NCBI GenBank assembly: GCA_964016885.1
Contig: OZ024744.1
Coordinates: forward strand, 8,556,001-8,620,000
Source: Eledone cirrhosa
Lineage: Eukaryota
Direction of reading: 5' to 3'
Length of the DNA: 64,000 nt
A program made the translations under genes and the position numbers. The notes under the pieces are model-generated. The model was not told where the DNA came from, searched no databases, and saw only the letters and a list, made by a program, of their open reading frames with translations. Each line of letters opens with the position of its first letter. Position 1 is the first letter of the stretch. Positions 26,237 to 38,805 of this stretch are shown here, piece by piece.

Positions 26237-29200
26237 GATTTCATTTATTGGCCACAAGGGCCGACATATAGGGGACAATACAAAAGACTGGGACAGTGGG
26301 GTTTTACAGAAAAATCGAGTAAACAATATGAATAACAATAACAAAGTGACAATAACAAAGTAACAATAAAGTAACAATAAAATTACAACAAGCAAAAATC
26401 CCCAATAGGGTGGATGACTACCCAGGGTTCGCTCAGGTACCCCACGAGTCCTGAACTACCCGACGCTTCGAGAGCACACTGGAAGAGTACCCCCTCTCCT
26501 CCTCTAATTTACCTACCTACAGCCGCATGACCAGAGTAGGCCCACTCACAGTGGCCATTCTCGCCACATTCACCCACCTTTCAGCAAATGTACTGGGGGC
26601 AGCACTTCTCTCTCCACCCTCACCTTCCTTTCCAAGTGAAACTTGAAAAAGTTGATGAGAGATTGGCCGAAGAGAAAAGTGTCTGTCTTCAGTCCTTTCA
26701 ACCTCGTCCACCATATAACCTCTTTCGCTACTGCCACCAGACAGAGGAAAATTGCCTGCCCTTCCTGGCCAAAGGAAGGCGGCGGGTCGATCTTCACTAT
26801 GGACTCGGCCGAGCCGGATCTGTTCTACACGCGACAACAGCTGTTCGACATAACTCCAGAAGTCAGTAATGCACGGACACTGGATGAGTGCGTGCAGAAC
26901 GGTCTCGTCGCTCTGAGCGGAGCTCGGGCAGGTCCGTCTGACAGCACTTCCGTGCCTGTAGAATTTATCCCGAACCGGCAGTGCCCCCCCCCCCCCCCGT
27001 AGCACTGCCAACCGAGGGAATTTTGGAAATTATCCATCGTCCTCGGCTCGAAAGTCCTCCGGTACAGACTGGTTAGTTCGACTTCGTTGACTCCCAGAGC
27101 CGCTCCGAATGCGTCGTCGCACTTGCCCACCACTAATCCTCTATAGAACTTGAGAGTGGAAGTTCCACTGACCGCATTTCCCGCCTAGTAGAGGGCAGTG
27201 AGTTCCTGGCAATATTCCAGATGCCAGTCACCCAGTCTCGGTCCCTTCTTGACCCAGGTCCCTTCTTGATGGCGGGCGCGATGTACGCGTTCGCCACCTC
27301 CGCCCGCCCTTTCAGTCATAGCTTCGTCCCAGCCCATTTCTGGGTGAGACTGGCTACCCTTCCCGTCACCTCGTCCTAATTCTTATCCACCTGGAGGTCT
27401 GGCCCGAACCAAACCCCGAGCAACTTTACCGGTTTTCAGTCCAGCGCCTAACGCCGCTGTTGGACGACATGGACTTGTCTCTCCAGGTGCCGAGTTGCAA
27501 GCCCACTGACATTTCCGGGTTAAGTTTTGCTCCCGTCAACCTTTCATATTCCTCCAATAAGTTGCCGACCACCTCGATTTCTGAGGTGTCCGACACCATC
27601 ACGGTGATGTCGTCCGCATAAGCCGACACAGCCTTTCCGCGTCCCGGTTCGAGCGGGATGCCCTGCAACGCTCCAGCTTCCACAGTAAAGGCTCGAGATT
27701 CAATACGTACAGAAGGGAGGAGAGAGGGCATCCTGACAGACCGATCGGGAGACCTGAAACGGTTCCGAGAGGTGGCCATTAATTTTGACCATCGAGTAGG
27801 TGCCGCTGTGCAACGATCCAGCTTCTGAAGATGGGGCCGAAGCCAGCCGCCTTGAGGACAGCCTCCAGGTACCGATCGTCGACCCTATCGAATGCTTTCG
27901 ATTGATCTAAATTGATCAGAGCCCCACCGAAGCCAGGTGTACACCTTACCCTCTCTATGATGTATCGCATTAGGTGGAGGTTGTCATGTATGGACCTGGT
28001 TGGGATTGCGCAAATTTGCGCCTCCCCAACCAAATCCCCGACGTCAAGCGCCAACCTCTTCGTTAACACCCTGGCCAAAATCTTATACTCTGTGTTGAGC
28101 AGAGTTATGGGCCTGAAATTGTCTAATGTGTCCGTCTTGTTCTCGTCTTTCCTTATCAGCGTCACTACGCCCCGGCTCACAGAACTGGGAATACTCCCAT
28201 TTTGCTGCCAGTTGCAGTAGAGGGCTTCGAGGAGATTGGAGAACAAGTCTGACATATTTACGTAAAGCTCGTAGGGCAGACCATCCAAACCGGGTGACTT
28301 GCGCCTCATGCAGCCTACAAGGGCATCCTGAATCTCGGCTGAAGTAATTGGCCTTTCGCAGCGCCCAGCGTCAGCCGTCGAGAGTTGCGTCAAACCATCG
28401 AGGTAGGGACTGAAGTCCGCCACCATCTCTGACCCACCACTTCCCCCGAACAACCGAGCAAAATGTTAGCGAAAGGCCTCACACATCCTCTTGGAATCTC
28501 TCAGCTCGTGCCCGTCTCGGTACGTCAAAGACCGAATCGTGGTTTTATTACCACGTTGGGCCTCCGCCACGCGGACCCATCGAATAGCTTTGGTTCCCTC
28601 GTTTCTCAGAACACGCGCCTTAACTCTGACAATGCAACCTTCGTGTGTGTTTGGCATTGAAGAAATGGTCTAATGCCATTCTCGCCGCTAGCACGTCAGT
28701 TGCAATGCCACTACCAATAGCCTCGTCTAACTTATCTACCAACTCCCTTCCTTTCTATTTTTCTTTAACGCTACTTCTTTGCTAAACTTTATCGATATTA
28801 CTCTAATCTCTCTTTTGAGAGCCCCCCACCATCTATTGTTGACGACTCACCCTGTCAACTTTTGCTTAACTAAATTGTTTACCTGGTCCCTGTAAGCCTT
28901 ACGTGCCGTAAATTACATGTTTAGCTTCCAGTAACCAGATCTTAACCTACGCGTCTTATCTAGGTCGACCATACAGATCACAAACTTGTGATCTGAATAG
29001 GCGACCGTTTCAAAACGTGGACAGCTTACACTATTTCTGTCTATTTTCCTAATGAATATCCTGTCTATATACGATCTAGATGACTCTATGCGGTTAGCCC
29101 ACGCCCACACTGGGGCATTAGGGAAATCTAGTCGGTACCTGTCAGACAGCTGGAACTGGCTGATCAGGTTCTTGAGGCTTTTGCACCCCCCGCTCCTATC

Positions 29201-31879
29201 GGATACTCCCACACAGTCCCAGCGTGCGTCTAAGATGCCGTTCCAGTCCCCCGCTAACAGTAAAGGGCGAGACGGACCCAGAAGGGCTTCCAGGCGTCTA
29301 AAGAAGTCCGGCCGTCCTGCCCCAGTAGGAGCATAGACGGCCACCAGTCTAAAGGCACCATCTTCGTTATTGTTCACGTCCAGGACCACCAACTTCCCGT
29401 TAGGGTCCCGGAAGATCGACCTTACCTCGAGATCCAGGCCTTTCCTAAACAGCACTGCCACCCCACCTCCCATTCCCGGCCGGCTAACAGATGCAAAGAT
29501 CTGATAGTCGTCGAAAATGGGGGCTAGTGCGTGCGTGTCGGAAATCCTGGTCTCGCTGACGGCAATTACATCCATTTCTATAGACCTGAGGTCGTTGTGC
29601 AGGTGACCCTGCTTCCAGGACGATCCCAGGCCTCTAACATTTAAACAACCTACTCTTAATACGGCCATGTTGGCAGGTTAAAAAGAGAGAGAGGAAAGGT
29701 TTACTTACCTTCCGGGCTCTGGTGAAGGTCGGGTTGTTCGACCTCCATAGTTGGTGGGGTTTCTTTTGGGAACCCCTTTAAAAGTCTTGAAGTGGGTTTT
29801 ACGTTCGGGGTTCCCACGTCCCGAGGAAAGCTGTCTCGTATTTCTTTGAATATATCGAGCGACATTCGCACCAGAACCAAATCTTCCGGCACGCGAAATG
29901 TGCTTGAATTTAAAAATTTCCCCCTCTTTTTGTATATTTTCACTTCGTGCAACGAGGGCCATCAGTTCCTTGTTGGCCCTCCTGACGAGCACGAAGTTTT
30001 GTATGTTTTGTTGGTGTGATTTTATTTGTTTGCGTGGCTGTGGTGGTGATGGTTTTGGTGGTGTTGTTTCGGTTGTGTCTGTGTTTGTTGTGAGTGCGGT
30101 GTCTGTGGTTTCAGATGTTTGTGTGTATATTTGTTCTTGCGTCTGTTTCGGTTGTTTGCGTTTGAGGGATTCTGGTGATGGTGATGGTGGTGTCGATGTT
30201 GGTGTTATTGGAGAGATGTTTGCGTGGGTGGTGTCTGCGTTTTTTATTGTGGGTGATTTTGTCCTTTGTTGAGTTTTTTTTTTCTTTTTGTGTTTCCTTT
30301 TTTGTATTTTGGGGGATTTCGTTTTCCCTCATCTTCACTACTGGTAGATGAGGGGTCTGTGTCTGTAAGTGTGTCTGTATGTATGTTTAAGGTTGTATTG
30401 GTGTGTGTAATTTTGGGACGAGGGAGAATTTGACAGCTTTCCTCGTTTCCCCCCTGGGTGGTCAATGTTGGTGGTGGTCTTTCAATTGGTGTTGTTGTTG
30501 GTGGTTTTGCCGGTGCTGGTGTTGGTTGTGGTCCTCGCCCCGGCGTCGGCAGCAGTGGAGCCTTTCGACCCCTTGCCTCTTTCAGCAGTTGAGGGCAGAA
30601 GGCTCGCAAATGGGTTTTTCCCCACAAACAAAACACTGCGGCCTTTTGCCTTCGGTCATAATGTGAATGACCGTCCCATTCTGAAGGCGGATGTGGTCTG
30701 GAATTGTCTTCACATTCTCGAGCTTGATCTGGAGAAGGATCTCCAGGTCAACCCCGGACCAGTCCTCTCTGGCCGTTCTGGTCACTTCTATAGGGACTGT
30801 ATCCGTCCCCTCCACAATCATACATCCCAGAAGCCACCACATATTAAGTCCTGGTGGGATTCTGGGAATGCGGAGACGGGCCGTTCTTTTTCCCATGTGG
30901 GAGGGGCACATTATGACCTTGCTGGTTTTGCAAGGAGTCATAGCGTGTTTCATAACGAGGGCTTCTGACTTGAACAACACCCAAATGGTGCCGTACTGTC
31001 TCCTCCTCTCTATGTACTGGGTGTCTTCTCTGATGCACCTCAGCGCGACTTCGACATCTGCTTGTGAAATTAAAGCTGCCCTTTTGGTTTGTACTGAGAT
31101 GCATCTTTAATGCACCGTTTTGCGCTCCACTGCCTCAATAGTTAAGTTGACCCAACAGTTAAGTTGACCCAAGTTTGCTCTTGCTTGATGAGCTTCCAGG
31201 CCTGGGCCAACTTTTCATCTTTGTTTGAGAGGTCCATGTTGAAGCATGGCCTCTTTTTGCTGCTGCCGCAGCGAAAGTGTTCTTCTTGTTGTCGTTGGGG
31301 TCGTTGTTCTTGTTGGTGGTGTTGTTAGCACTGTCGCTGTTATCATTGTTGTCTTTGTTGCCACCGTTGTTCTCGGTGCAGTTGGTATTGTTGCTGTTGG
31401 TGTTGTCGCTATTTGTTTTCATGTTAGTGGTGTTGATATTGTTGTTGTATTTGTTTTGTTTATTTTGTTATCTGTATTTTCGTTGTCGCTGTTAAGGTCA
31501 TTTTTTTTTAAAATTAGAGTTCTTATTGGTATCATAGGTGTCTTTGTTTACCTTGTTTGTGGTGGTGTTTGTGTTATCAATTTGTGTTAATTTCGCTGTA
31601 GCGCTCCTCTCAACTTCTACATCGTTGTCGCACGACAGCCGACATATCGCTGGGGCGCGTGACTCAGCCATGTTTTTTTTTTCTCCGTAAATTTTTTAAC
31701 ATGTAAAATAAGTTCAAATATTTGGGCCAAAAGGCCCAAATATTATACTTTCCCCTTCACAGGGCAAAGTCTAAGGGCTTATATCCTTTACACAACAAGA
31801 AATATTTAACAACAAATTATTTTAACAGGCAAATAAAGGGACTTACTGTGAGCGAGCCAAAAACACGTCCGAACAGACC
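26237..31879 (-). mobile_element. Tx1/L1-clade LINE copy B, full length, degenerate
   Basis: ORF1 (~31671-29701) has an N/T-rich head and a CFVCG..HLRAFC knuckle. ORF2 from 29668 has APE (LNVRGL, SET, GDWN, YIDRIF, SDH) and RT (SPGLDGL, FRPITLLN, DQSKAFDRV, AYADD). Internal deletion near 27260. (AAT)n on both sides. Confidence 0.95.
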
Positions 31880-31900
31880 AATAATAATAATAATAATAAT

Positions 31901-31944
31901 TGTTTCTACTTTTGGCACAAGGCCAGCAATTATCCCAATCCACC
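31901..31944 (-). mobile_element. SINE 3' tail only, between two (AAT)n runs
   Basis: Minus strand AATTGCTGGCCTTGTGCCAAAAGTAGAAACAATTATT matches the SINE tail at 5465-5500 and 38630-38660. Confidence 0.75.
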
Positions 31945-31987
31945 AAATAATAATAATAATGATAATAATAATTATAATAATAATAAT

Positions 31988-34900
31988 GATTTCATTTATT
32001 AGCCACAAGGGCCGACATGTAGGGGACAATAGAATGACAGGGACAGTGGGGGTTTACAAATTTTCGAGTAAAGTGGCACAATGGCAAGACTAATTTAACA
32101 ATGAAAATATAAAAATATAAAATAAACTATGTATAAATATAACAAAATATATTCCCCTATAGGGGGTGGACGACCCAGGGGTGACTCAGTTACCCCACCA
32201 ATCCTGAACCACACTGCGCTTCTAGGGCATCCAGGGAGAGCAACCCCTCTCCTCAAGTTAGCTAGCCTATAGGCGCATGGTCAGAGTAGGCCCATTCACA
32301 CGGGCCATTCTCGCCACATTCATCGACCTTTTAGCAAATGTACTGGGGGCAGCACTTCTCTTTCCACCCTCACCTTCCTTTCCAAGTGAAACTTGAAAAA
32401 GTTGATGAGGGATTGGCCGAAGAGAAAAGTATCTGTCTTCAGTCCTTTCAACCTCGTCCACCATATAACCTCTTTCACAACGGCCACCAGACAGAGGAAA
32501 ATAGCCTGCTCTTCCTAACTTAAGGAAGTCGGCGGGTCGATCTTCACTATGGACTCGGCCGATAGCCGAATTCGTTCTACACGCGACACTAGCTGTTCAA
32601 CATAACTCCACAAGTCAGTAATGCACGGACATTGGACAAGTGCGTGCAGAACGGTTTCGTCGTTCTGTGCGCATCTCGGGCAGGTCCGTCTGACAGCACT
32701 TCCGTGCTTGTAGAGTTTATCCCGAACCGGCAGTCCCCCACCCCCACTTGTAGCATTGCCAAGCGAGGGATTTCTGGAAATTGTCCATCGTCCCCGCCTC
32801 GAAAGTCCTCCGGTACAGACTGGTCAGTTCGACTTCGTCGAGGCCCAAAGCTTCTCCGAGTGCGTCATCGCACTTGCCCACCACTAATCCTCTATAGAAC
32901 TCGAAAGTGGAAGTTCCACTGATCGCATTGCCCGCTTCGTAGAGGGCAGTGAGTGCCTGGCAACATTCCAGGTGCCAGTCACCCAGTCTCGGTCTCTTCT
33001 TGACCCAGGACTGCAGATCAGTCAAAGAAACGAGCTGCGGAAGGCTCGTCTGATAAACGGCGACCTCACCTATTCACCGTTTAAGCAGAATATCTGGAGA
33101 TGCCCCAGCCTCAGCGCATGTCTGTGCATCATTAGCCACGGCATGCCCAGCCCTCCGCGTAGAGTGTGCTGGCAGCAGATGGACCGCATCACCAACGGAA
33201 ATTGTCCGTTCCACAAGAATTTGAAGAGGAGCCGTTCCAACGTGACGAGGCGCAGACAGGGGCAAGGCACGACGGCAGCCGGTAGTAGATGAAGGAGGCG
33301 ATGTATGCATTCGCCACCTTTCAGTGATAGCTTCCTCCCAGCCCATTTTTGGGTGAGAGTGGCTACTCTACTCGTTACCTCGTCCCAATTCTTTTCCACC
33401 TGGAGGTCTGGTCCGAACCAAACCCCGAGCAACTTTACCGGTCCGTCCGTCCAGCGCCCCATGACGTTGTTGGACGGCATGGACTTGCCTCTTCAGGTGC
33501 CGAGTTGCAAGCCCACCGACTTTTCCGGGTTAAGTTTGGCTCCTGTCAACTTTCATATTCCTTCAATAAGGTGCCGACCACCTCGATTTCTGAGGTGTCC
33601 GACACCATCAAGGTGATGTCGTCCGCATAAGCCGACACCGCCTTTCCACGTCGCGGTTCGAGCGGGTTGCCTTGCAACAGCTCCAGCTTCCGCAGTAAAG
33701 GCTTGAGAGTCAATACGTACAGAAGGGAAGAGAGAGGGCCCCCTTGACGGACCGATCGGTAGAGCCGAAATGGTTCCGAGAGGTGGCCATTAACCTTGAC
33801 CACCGAGCGTGTGCCGCGGTGCATTGCAGCGATCCAGCTTCTGAAGACAGGGCCGAAGCCAGGGGCTTTGAGGGCAAACTCTAGATACCGATGGCCGACC
33901 CTATCAAATGCTTTCGATTGATCTAAATTGATCAGTGCCCCACCGAAGCAAGGTTTACACCCTACCCTCTCTATGATGTATCGCATGAGGTGGAGATTGT
34001 AGTGTATGGACCTGGCTGGAATTGCGCAAGTTTGCGCCTCCCCAACCAAATCCTCGACGACAAGCGCCAGTCTTTTACTAACAGCTTGTCCAAAATCTGA
34101 CACTCTGTGTAGAGCAGAGTTATGGGCCTGAAGTTGTCTAATGTATCCCTCTTGTTCTCGTCTTTCCTTATCAGCGTCACCACCACCCTGCTCACAGAAC
34201 TGGGAATACTCCCGTTCTGCTGCCAGTTGCAGTAGAGTGCTTCGAGGAGATCGGAGAACAATCTGGCATATTTACGTAAAGCGCGTAGGGCAGGCCATCC
34301 AAACCGGGTGACTTGCACCTTATGCAGCCGACAAGGGCGTCCTGAATTTCGGCTGTAGTAATCGGCCTTTCGCAGCGCTCAGCGTCGACCGTCGAGATGC
34401 GCGCCAAGCTGTCAAGATAGGAACTGAAATCCGCTACTCTCTCTGACTCGCCACTCTCCCCGAACAACCGAGCAAAGTACTGGGGAAAGGCCTCACACAT
34501 TCGCTTGGAATCGCTTATCTCGTGTCCGTCTCGGTCCGCCAAAGACCGAATCGTGGTTTTATTACCACGCTGCGCCTCCGCCACGCGGGCCCATCGAACA
34601 GCTTTGGTTCCCTCGTTTCTTAGCGCACGCGCTTTACCTTTGACAATGCAACCTTCGTGTTTCGCATTGAAGAAATGGTCTAATGCCATTCTCGCCGCTA
34701 GCAAGTCAGTTGCAATGCCACTCCTTTCTATTTTCCCCTAACGCTAGTTCTTTGCTGAACTCTATCGAAGTTACTCTAATGTCTCTTTCGTGAGCCCCCC
34801 CCCCCACCATATGTTGTTGATGATCCCCCCTGTCAACTTTTGCTTAACTAAATTGTTGACTCGGTCCCTGTAAGCCTTACGTGCCGGAAATGACATGTTC

Positions 34901-37836
34901 AGCTTCCAGTAACCCGATCCCAACCTACGCGTTTTATCTAGGTCGACCATACAGACCACAAATTTGTGATATGAATAGGCGACCGTTTTAAAAAGTGGGC
35001 TGCCTACACTATTTCTATCTATTTTCCTAATGAAGATCCTGTCTATATACGATCTAGATGACCCCATTCGGTTGGTCCATGTCCATACTGGCGCATTGGG
35101 GAAATCTAGTCGATACCTGTCAGACAGTTGGAACTGGCTAAGTAGGTGCTCGAGGCTTTTGCACCCCTCGCTCCTATCAGCTACTCCCACACAATCTCAG
35201 CCTGCGTCTAAGATGCCATTCCAGTCGCACGCTAACAGTAAAGGGCGAGACGGACTTCTTTAGGCGCCTGGAGACCTTTCGGTCTCCAGGCGCCTAAAGA
35301 AGTCCGGTCGTCCGGCCCCTGTACGGGCGTAGACAGCCAGCAGTCTAAAAGCACCACCTTCGCTACTACTCACATCCAAGACCAACAACTTACCGTCCGG
35401 GTCCCGGAAGATCGACCTTACCTCGAGATCCAGTTTTTTCCTAAACAGCACTGCCACCCCACCTCACATTCCCAGCCTGCTAACAGATGCGGAGATCTGA
35501 TAGTCGACGAAAATGGTGGCTGGTGCGTGCGTGTCGGAAATTCTGTTCTCGCTGACGGCAATCACATCCATTTCCAGCGACCTGAGGTCGTTGAGCAGGC
35601 GATCCTGCTTCCAGGGTGACCCAGGCCGCGAACATTTAAACTTCCTACTCTCTATATGGCCATGTTGGCAAGCTAAAAGAGAGAGGGAAGGTTTTCTTAC
35701 CTCTCGGGGTCTTGTGAAGGTCGGGTAGTTCGACCTCCATGGTTGGTGGGGTTTCTTTTGAGAACCCCTTTAAAAGTCTCGATGTGGGTTTCCCATTCAG
35801 GGTTCCCACGTCTTGAGGAAAGCTCTCCCGAATTTCTTTGAAGGAATCGAGTGACACGTGGACCAGAAGCAAATCTTCTGGCACGCAAAATGTGCTCATT
35901 TCAAAGATCTCCCCCTCTGTTTGAATGTCCTCGCTTCGTGCTAAGAGGGCCATCAGTCTATCGTTGGCCCTTCTGACAAGCTCGAAGTTTTTAACATTTT
36001 GTTGGTGTAGTTTTATTTATTTTCGTTTTAGTGACTGTGGTGGTGGTGGTTTTGGTGGTCTTGTTTCAGGTATGTCTGTGTTTGTTGTAGGTGTGGTGTC
36101 TGCAATTTCAGGTATTTGTGTGTTTATTTGTACTTGTGTTTGTTTAGGTTGTTTGTGGGGTGGTGTCGATGCTGCTGTTGGTGCTGATGTTATTGGGGAA
36201 GTGTTTGCGTTAGTGGTGTCTGTATTATTTGATGTGGATGTTTTTGTGTTTTGTTGGGGCTTTATTCTTTGGTGAGTTTACTCACTTATGTGTTTTCCTT
36301 CATCTTCGCTGCTGGAAGACAAAGGGTCTGTGGCTGTGAGTGTCCATGTGTCTGTGTGTGCGTTTATTGTTTGTCTATGTGTATAATTGGAGTGGTAGGA
36401 GGAGTGGGATAGCTTTCCTCGTTTTCCCCTTGGATTGGTTTCGGTGTTGGAGGTGGTCCGACTGTTTTTGATGTTTGTGTCCGTGTCTTTGTTAGTGTTG
36501 ATTTTGGTGGTGGTGGTGCAGCTTTCCGTGCTGACACTGGCGTTGGCAACAAAGGAGGTTTGCGACCCCCTGCATTTTTGCGCTGAGGGCAGAAGGCTAG
36601 CACTATGCGTTGCTTCCCCGCAGACAAAGCAGTGCGACCTTCTTTCTTCAGTGATTAGATGGATTGTTGTCCCGTCCTACTAGGCGGGCAAAATCCGGGA
36701 TGTTGTTCATGTCCTCCGGTTTCATTTGGAGAAGAATCTCTAAATCCATTCCGGACCAGTCCTCTCTCTCTGTCCTTTTGATAGCCAGGAGGGTAGTGTC
36801 TGTCCCCTTCGCGATTACGCATCCCAGGAGCCACCATATGTTCATTCCTGGTGGGATCCTGGTAATGCGGACCTGTACTGTCCTTTTACCCATGTAGGAC
36901 GGGTGCATGACAATGCGTTCCGTTCTGCAGGGGGTCACTGAGTGCTTAATAACAAGGGCCTCGGTTTTGAACAGTACCGAGATAGTACCGAACTGTTTGG
37001 CCCTTGCTTTATACTCTATGTCACTTCCGATGCACTCCAAAGCAGTCTCGACCTCTGCTTGGCTTGCAAGTTCCACTTTTCGTGTCTGCACCGAAATACA
37101 TCGAAAGTACACCGTCCTCCTTTGCATGGCCGCTATTGCCCCGTCAGGGATGGTCAGGTTTGCCCAGGACTTCTCCCGTTTAATTAGCCACCACGCCTGG
37201 GCCAACTGTTCGTCTTTATCGCTAATATCAATATCCAATAAGCGCTTTGTTTTAGCTGCTGCAGCAAAAGTGGTACCTCTGTTGCCCTTGTTGTTGGTGT
37301 TGTCGTTCTTGCTGTTGTTATTGCTGTTGCCACCGCCATCCGTGTTTACATTGAAGCTGTCGGTGTTATTGTCGTTGTTGTTCTGAGTTGTTGTTGTTGT
37401 GGTGGTGGTGGTGGTGGTGGTGGTGATGTCGTTTACAGATGATACTGCTCCTAACACAGAAGGGAGCGGTTGTGATGGTAACTTTTGAGTTTTGCCTTCA
37501 CATTCAGTGGAATGGTCGACAGACATGTCTGTAGTAGTCGTAGTTGTGGTGAGATCTACAGTGGCTGCTTTTGAACTTTTGACCTGAACGTTGTTTACCG
37601 TTTCACGGTCGAAAATTTCCATATTTCTTTTTTTGGTGGGGAAGCGAGTTTTTAAAAATAGATCTGAATATTCGGGCTTAAAGCCCGAATATTGAGAGGT
37701 CTCCTTTCCTTGAAACCAAGGTGGGAGCCTTATGTTTCGTTAACGACAAGAAAATACAAAAAATGATACTTTAAAACAGCTTAAAGTTACGAATCTTTTC
37801 CCCCGCAGACTTGTGTGTCTTCACACATGTGCGTCC
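31988..37836 (-). mobile_element. Tx1/L1-clade LINE copy C, full length, degenerate
   Basis: ORF1 36648-37622 plus frameshifted remainder to ~35695. ORF2 fragments from 35663 to 32267 show APE, RT (AYADDI) and the CCHC finger. (AAT)n on both sides. Confidence 0.95.
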
Positions 37837-37857
37837 AAATAATAATAATAATAATAA

Positions 37858-38309
37858 TAAGCCAGAGTCGGTGATAGAAAACGATGAGGAGAAGGTGCTA
37901 TGGGATTTTAGGATACAGACGGACAAGAAACTGGAACACAATAGGCCTCACCTGGTGGTTTTGGACAAGGGAAAAAGAGCGTGCCTGATTGTAGATGTAG
38001 CCTGCCCATTTGACACGAGAGTGCAAGAAAAGGAGGGGGAGAAAATGAATCGATACCAGGAATTAAAGTAGGAGTTAAAAAGGATTTGGAACATGAAGGC
38101 GCACTATGTACTATCTTAAAGAGTTTCCAAGGATGGTTAAAGATAGTTAGTCCAGCCCCGCTTTGGGGAACACTTCAAAAGGCATGCTTGCTGGGAACAG
38201 CAAGAACCCTCCGATACGTCCTGAATATCTGAAGTTGCAGGTAGCGGCTTGATATTCATTTCAACAAACTTTCCAGTTAAATAACATCAATGACTGAGAC
38301 TCAAAGAAC
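37858..38309 (+). mobile_element. R4/Dong-type LINE 3' fragment (RLE domain)
   Basis: KVLWDFRIQTD..HNRP.LVVLD..IVDVACPFD; near-identical to the 3' end of the 51.7-55.4 kb element. (AAT)n tail. Confidence 0.9.
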
Positions 38310-38339
<30 letters not shown>

Positions 38340-38340
<1 letters not shown>

Positions 38341-38613
38341 TTTTCTTTATTAACCACAAGGGTTTACATAAAGTAGACATTAAGGACAGTACAGGACAAT
38401 ACAGGACGGTACAAATGGGCATTTCTGCGTGTAAAAAACAAAAACAGAGGATGTAACAAAAAAATAACAATGAAAAATTCCCCAATAGGGGGGAGTCTTC
38501 GGAGGGACATTTGTGGAGAAAGCCTAGTAAAGGGCCACAGTGACCCTGACCACCAATGCAAGTGCCCTCTCCCAGTTTTCCACCTTTAATTTACAGATAC
38601 ATACTCAGAGTAG
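38340..38613 (-). mobile_element. Tx1 LINE 3'UTR-only fragment (subfamily of copy F)
   Basis: Highly similar to 46665-46945 and bounded by (AAT)n. Confidence 0.88.
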
Positions 38614-38629
38614 TAATAATAATAATAAT

Positions 38630-38805
38630 TGTTTCTACTTTTGGCACAGGGTCAGCAATTATCCAGTACATTACTGGTACTTTATTTTATCGACCCCGTA
38701 AGGATGAAAGGCAAAGTCAACCTCGGCGGGATTTGATCTCAGATCGTAAAGAGACGTAACTATGCTGGAAAGCATGGCGTCCGACCCTCTACCGATACTG
38801 CCAAT
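38630..38805 (-). mobile_element. tRNA-derived SINE with (ATT)n tail
   Basis: Reverse complement of the 5050-5240 SINE family. Confidence 0.88.
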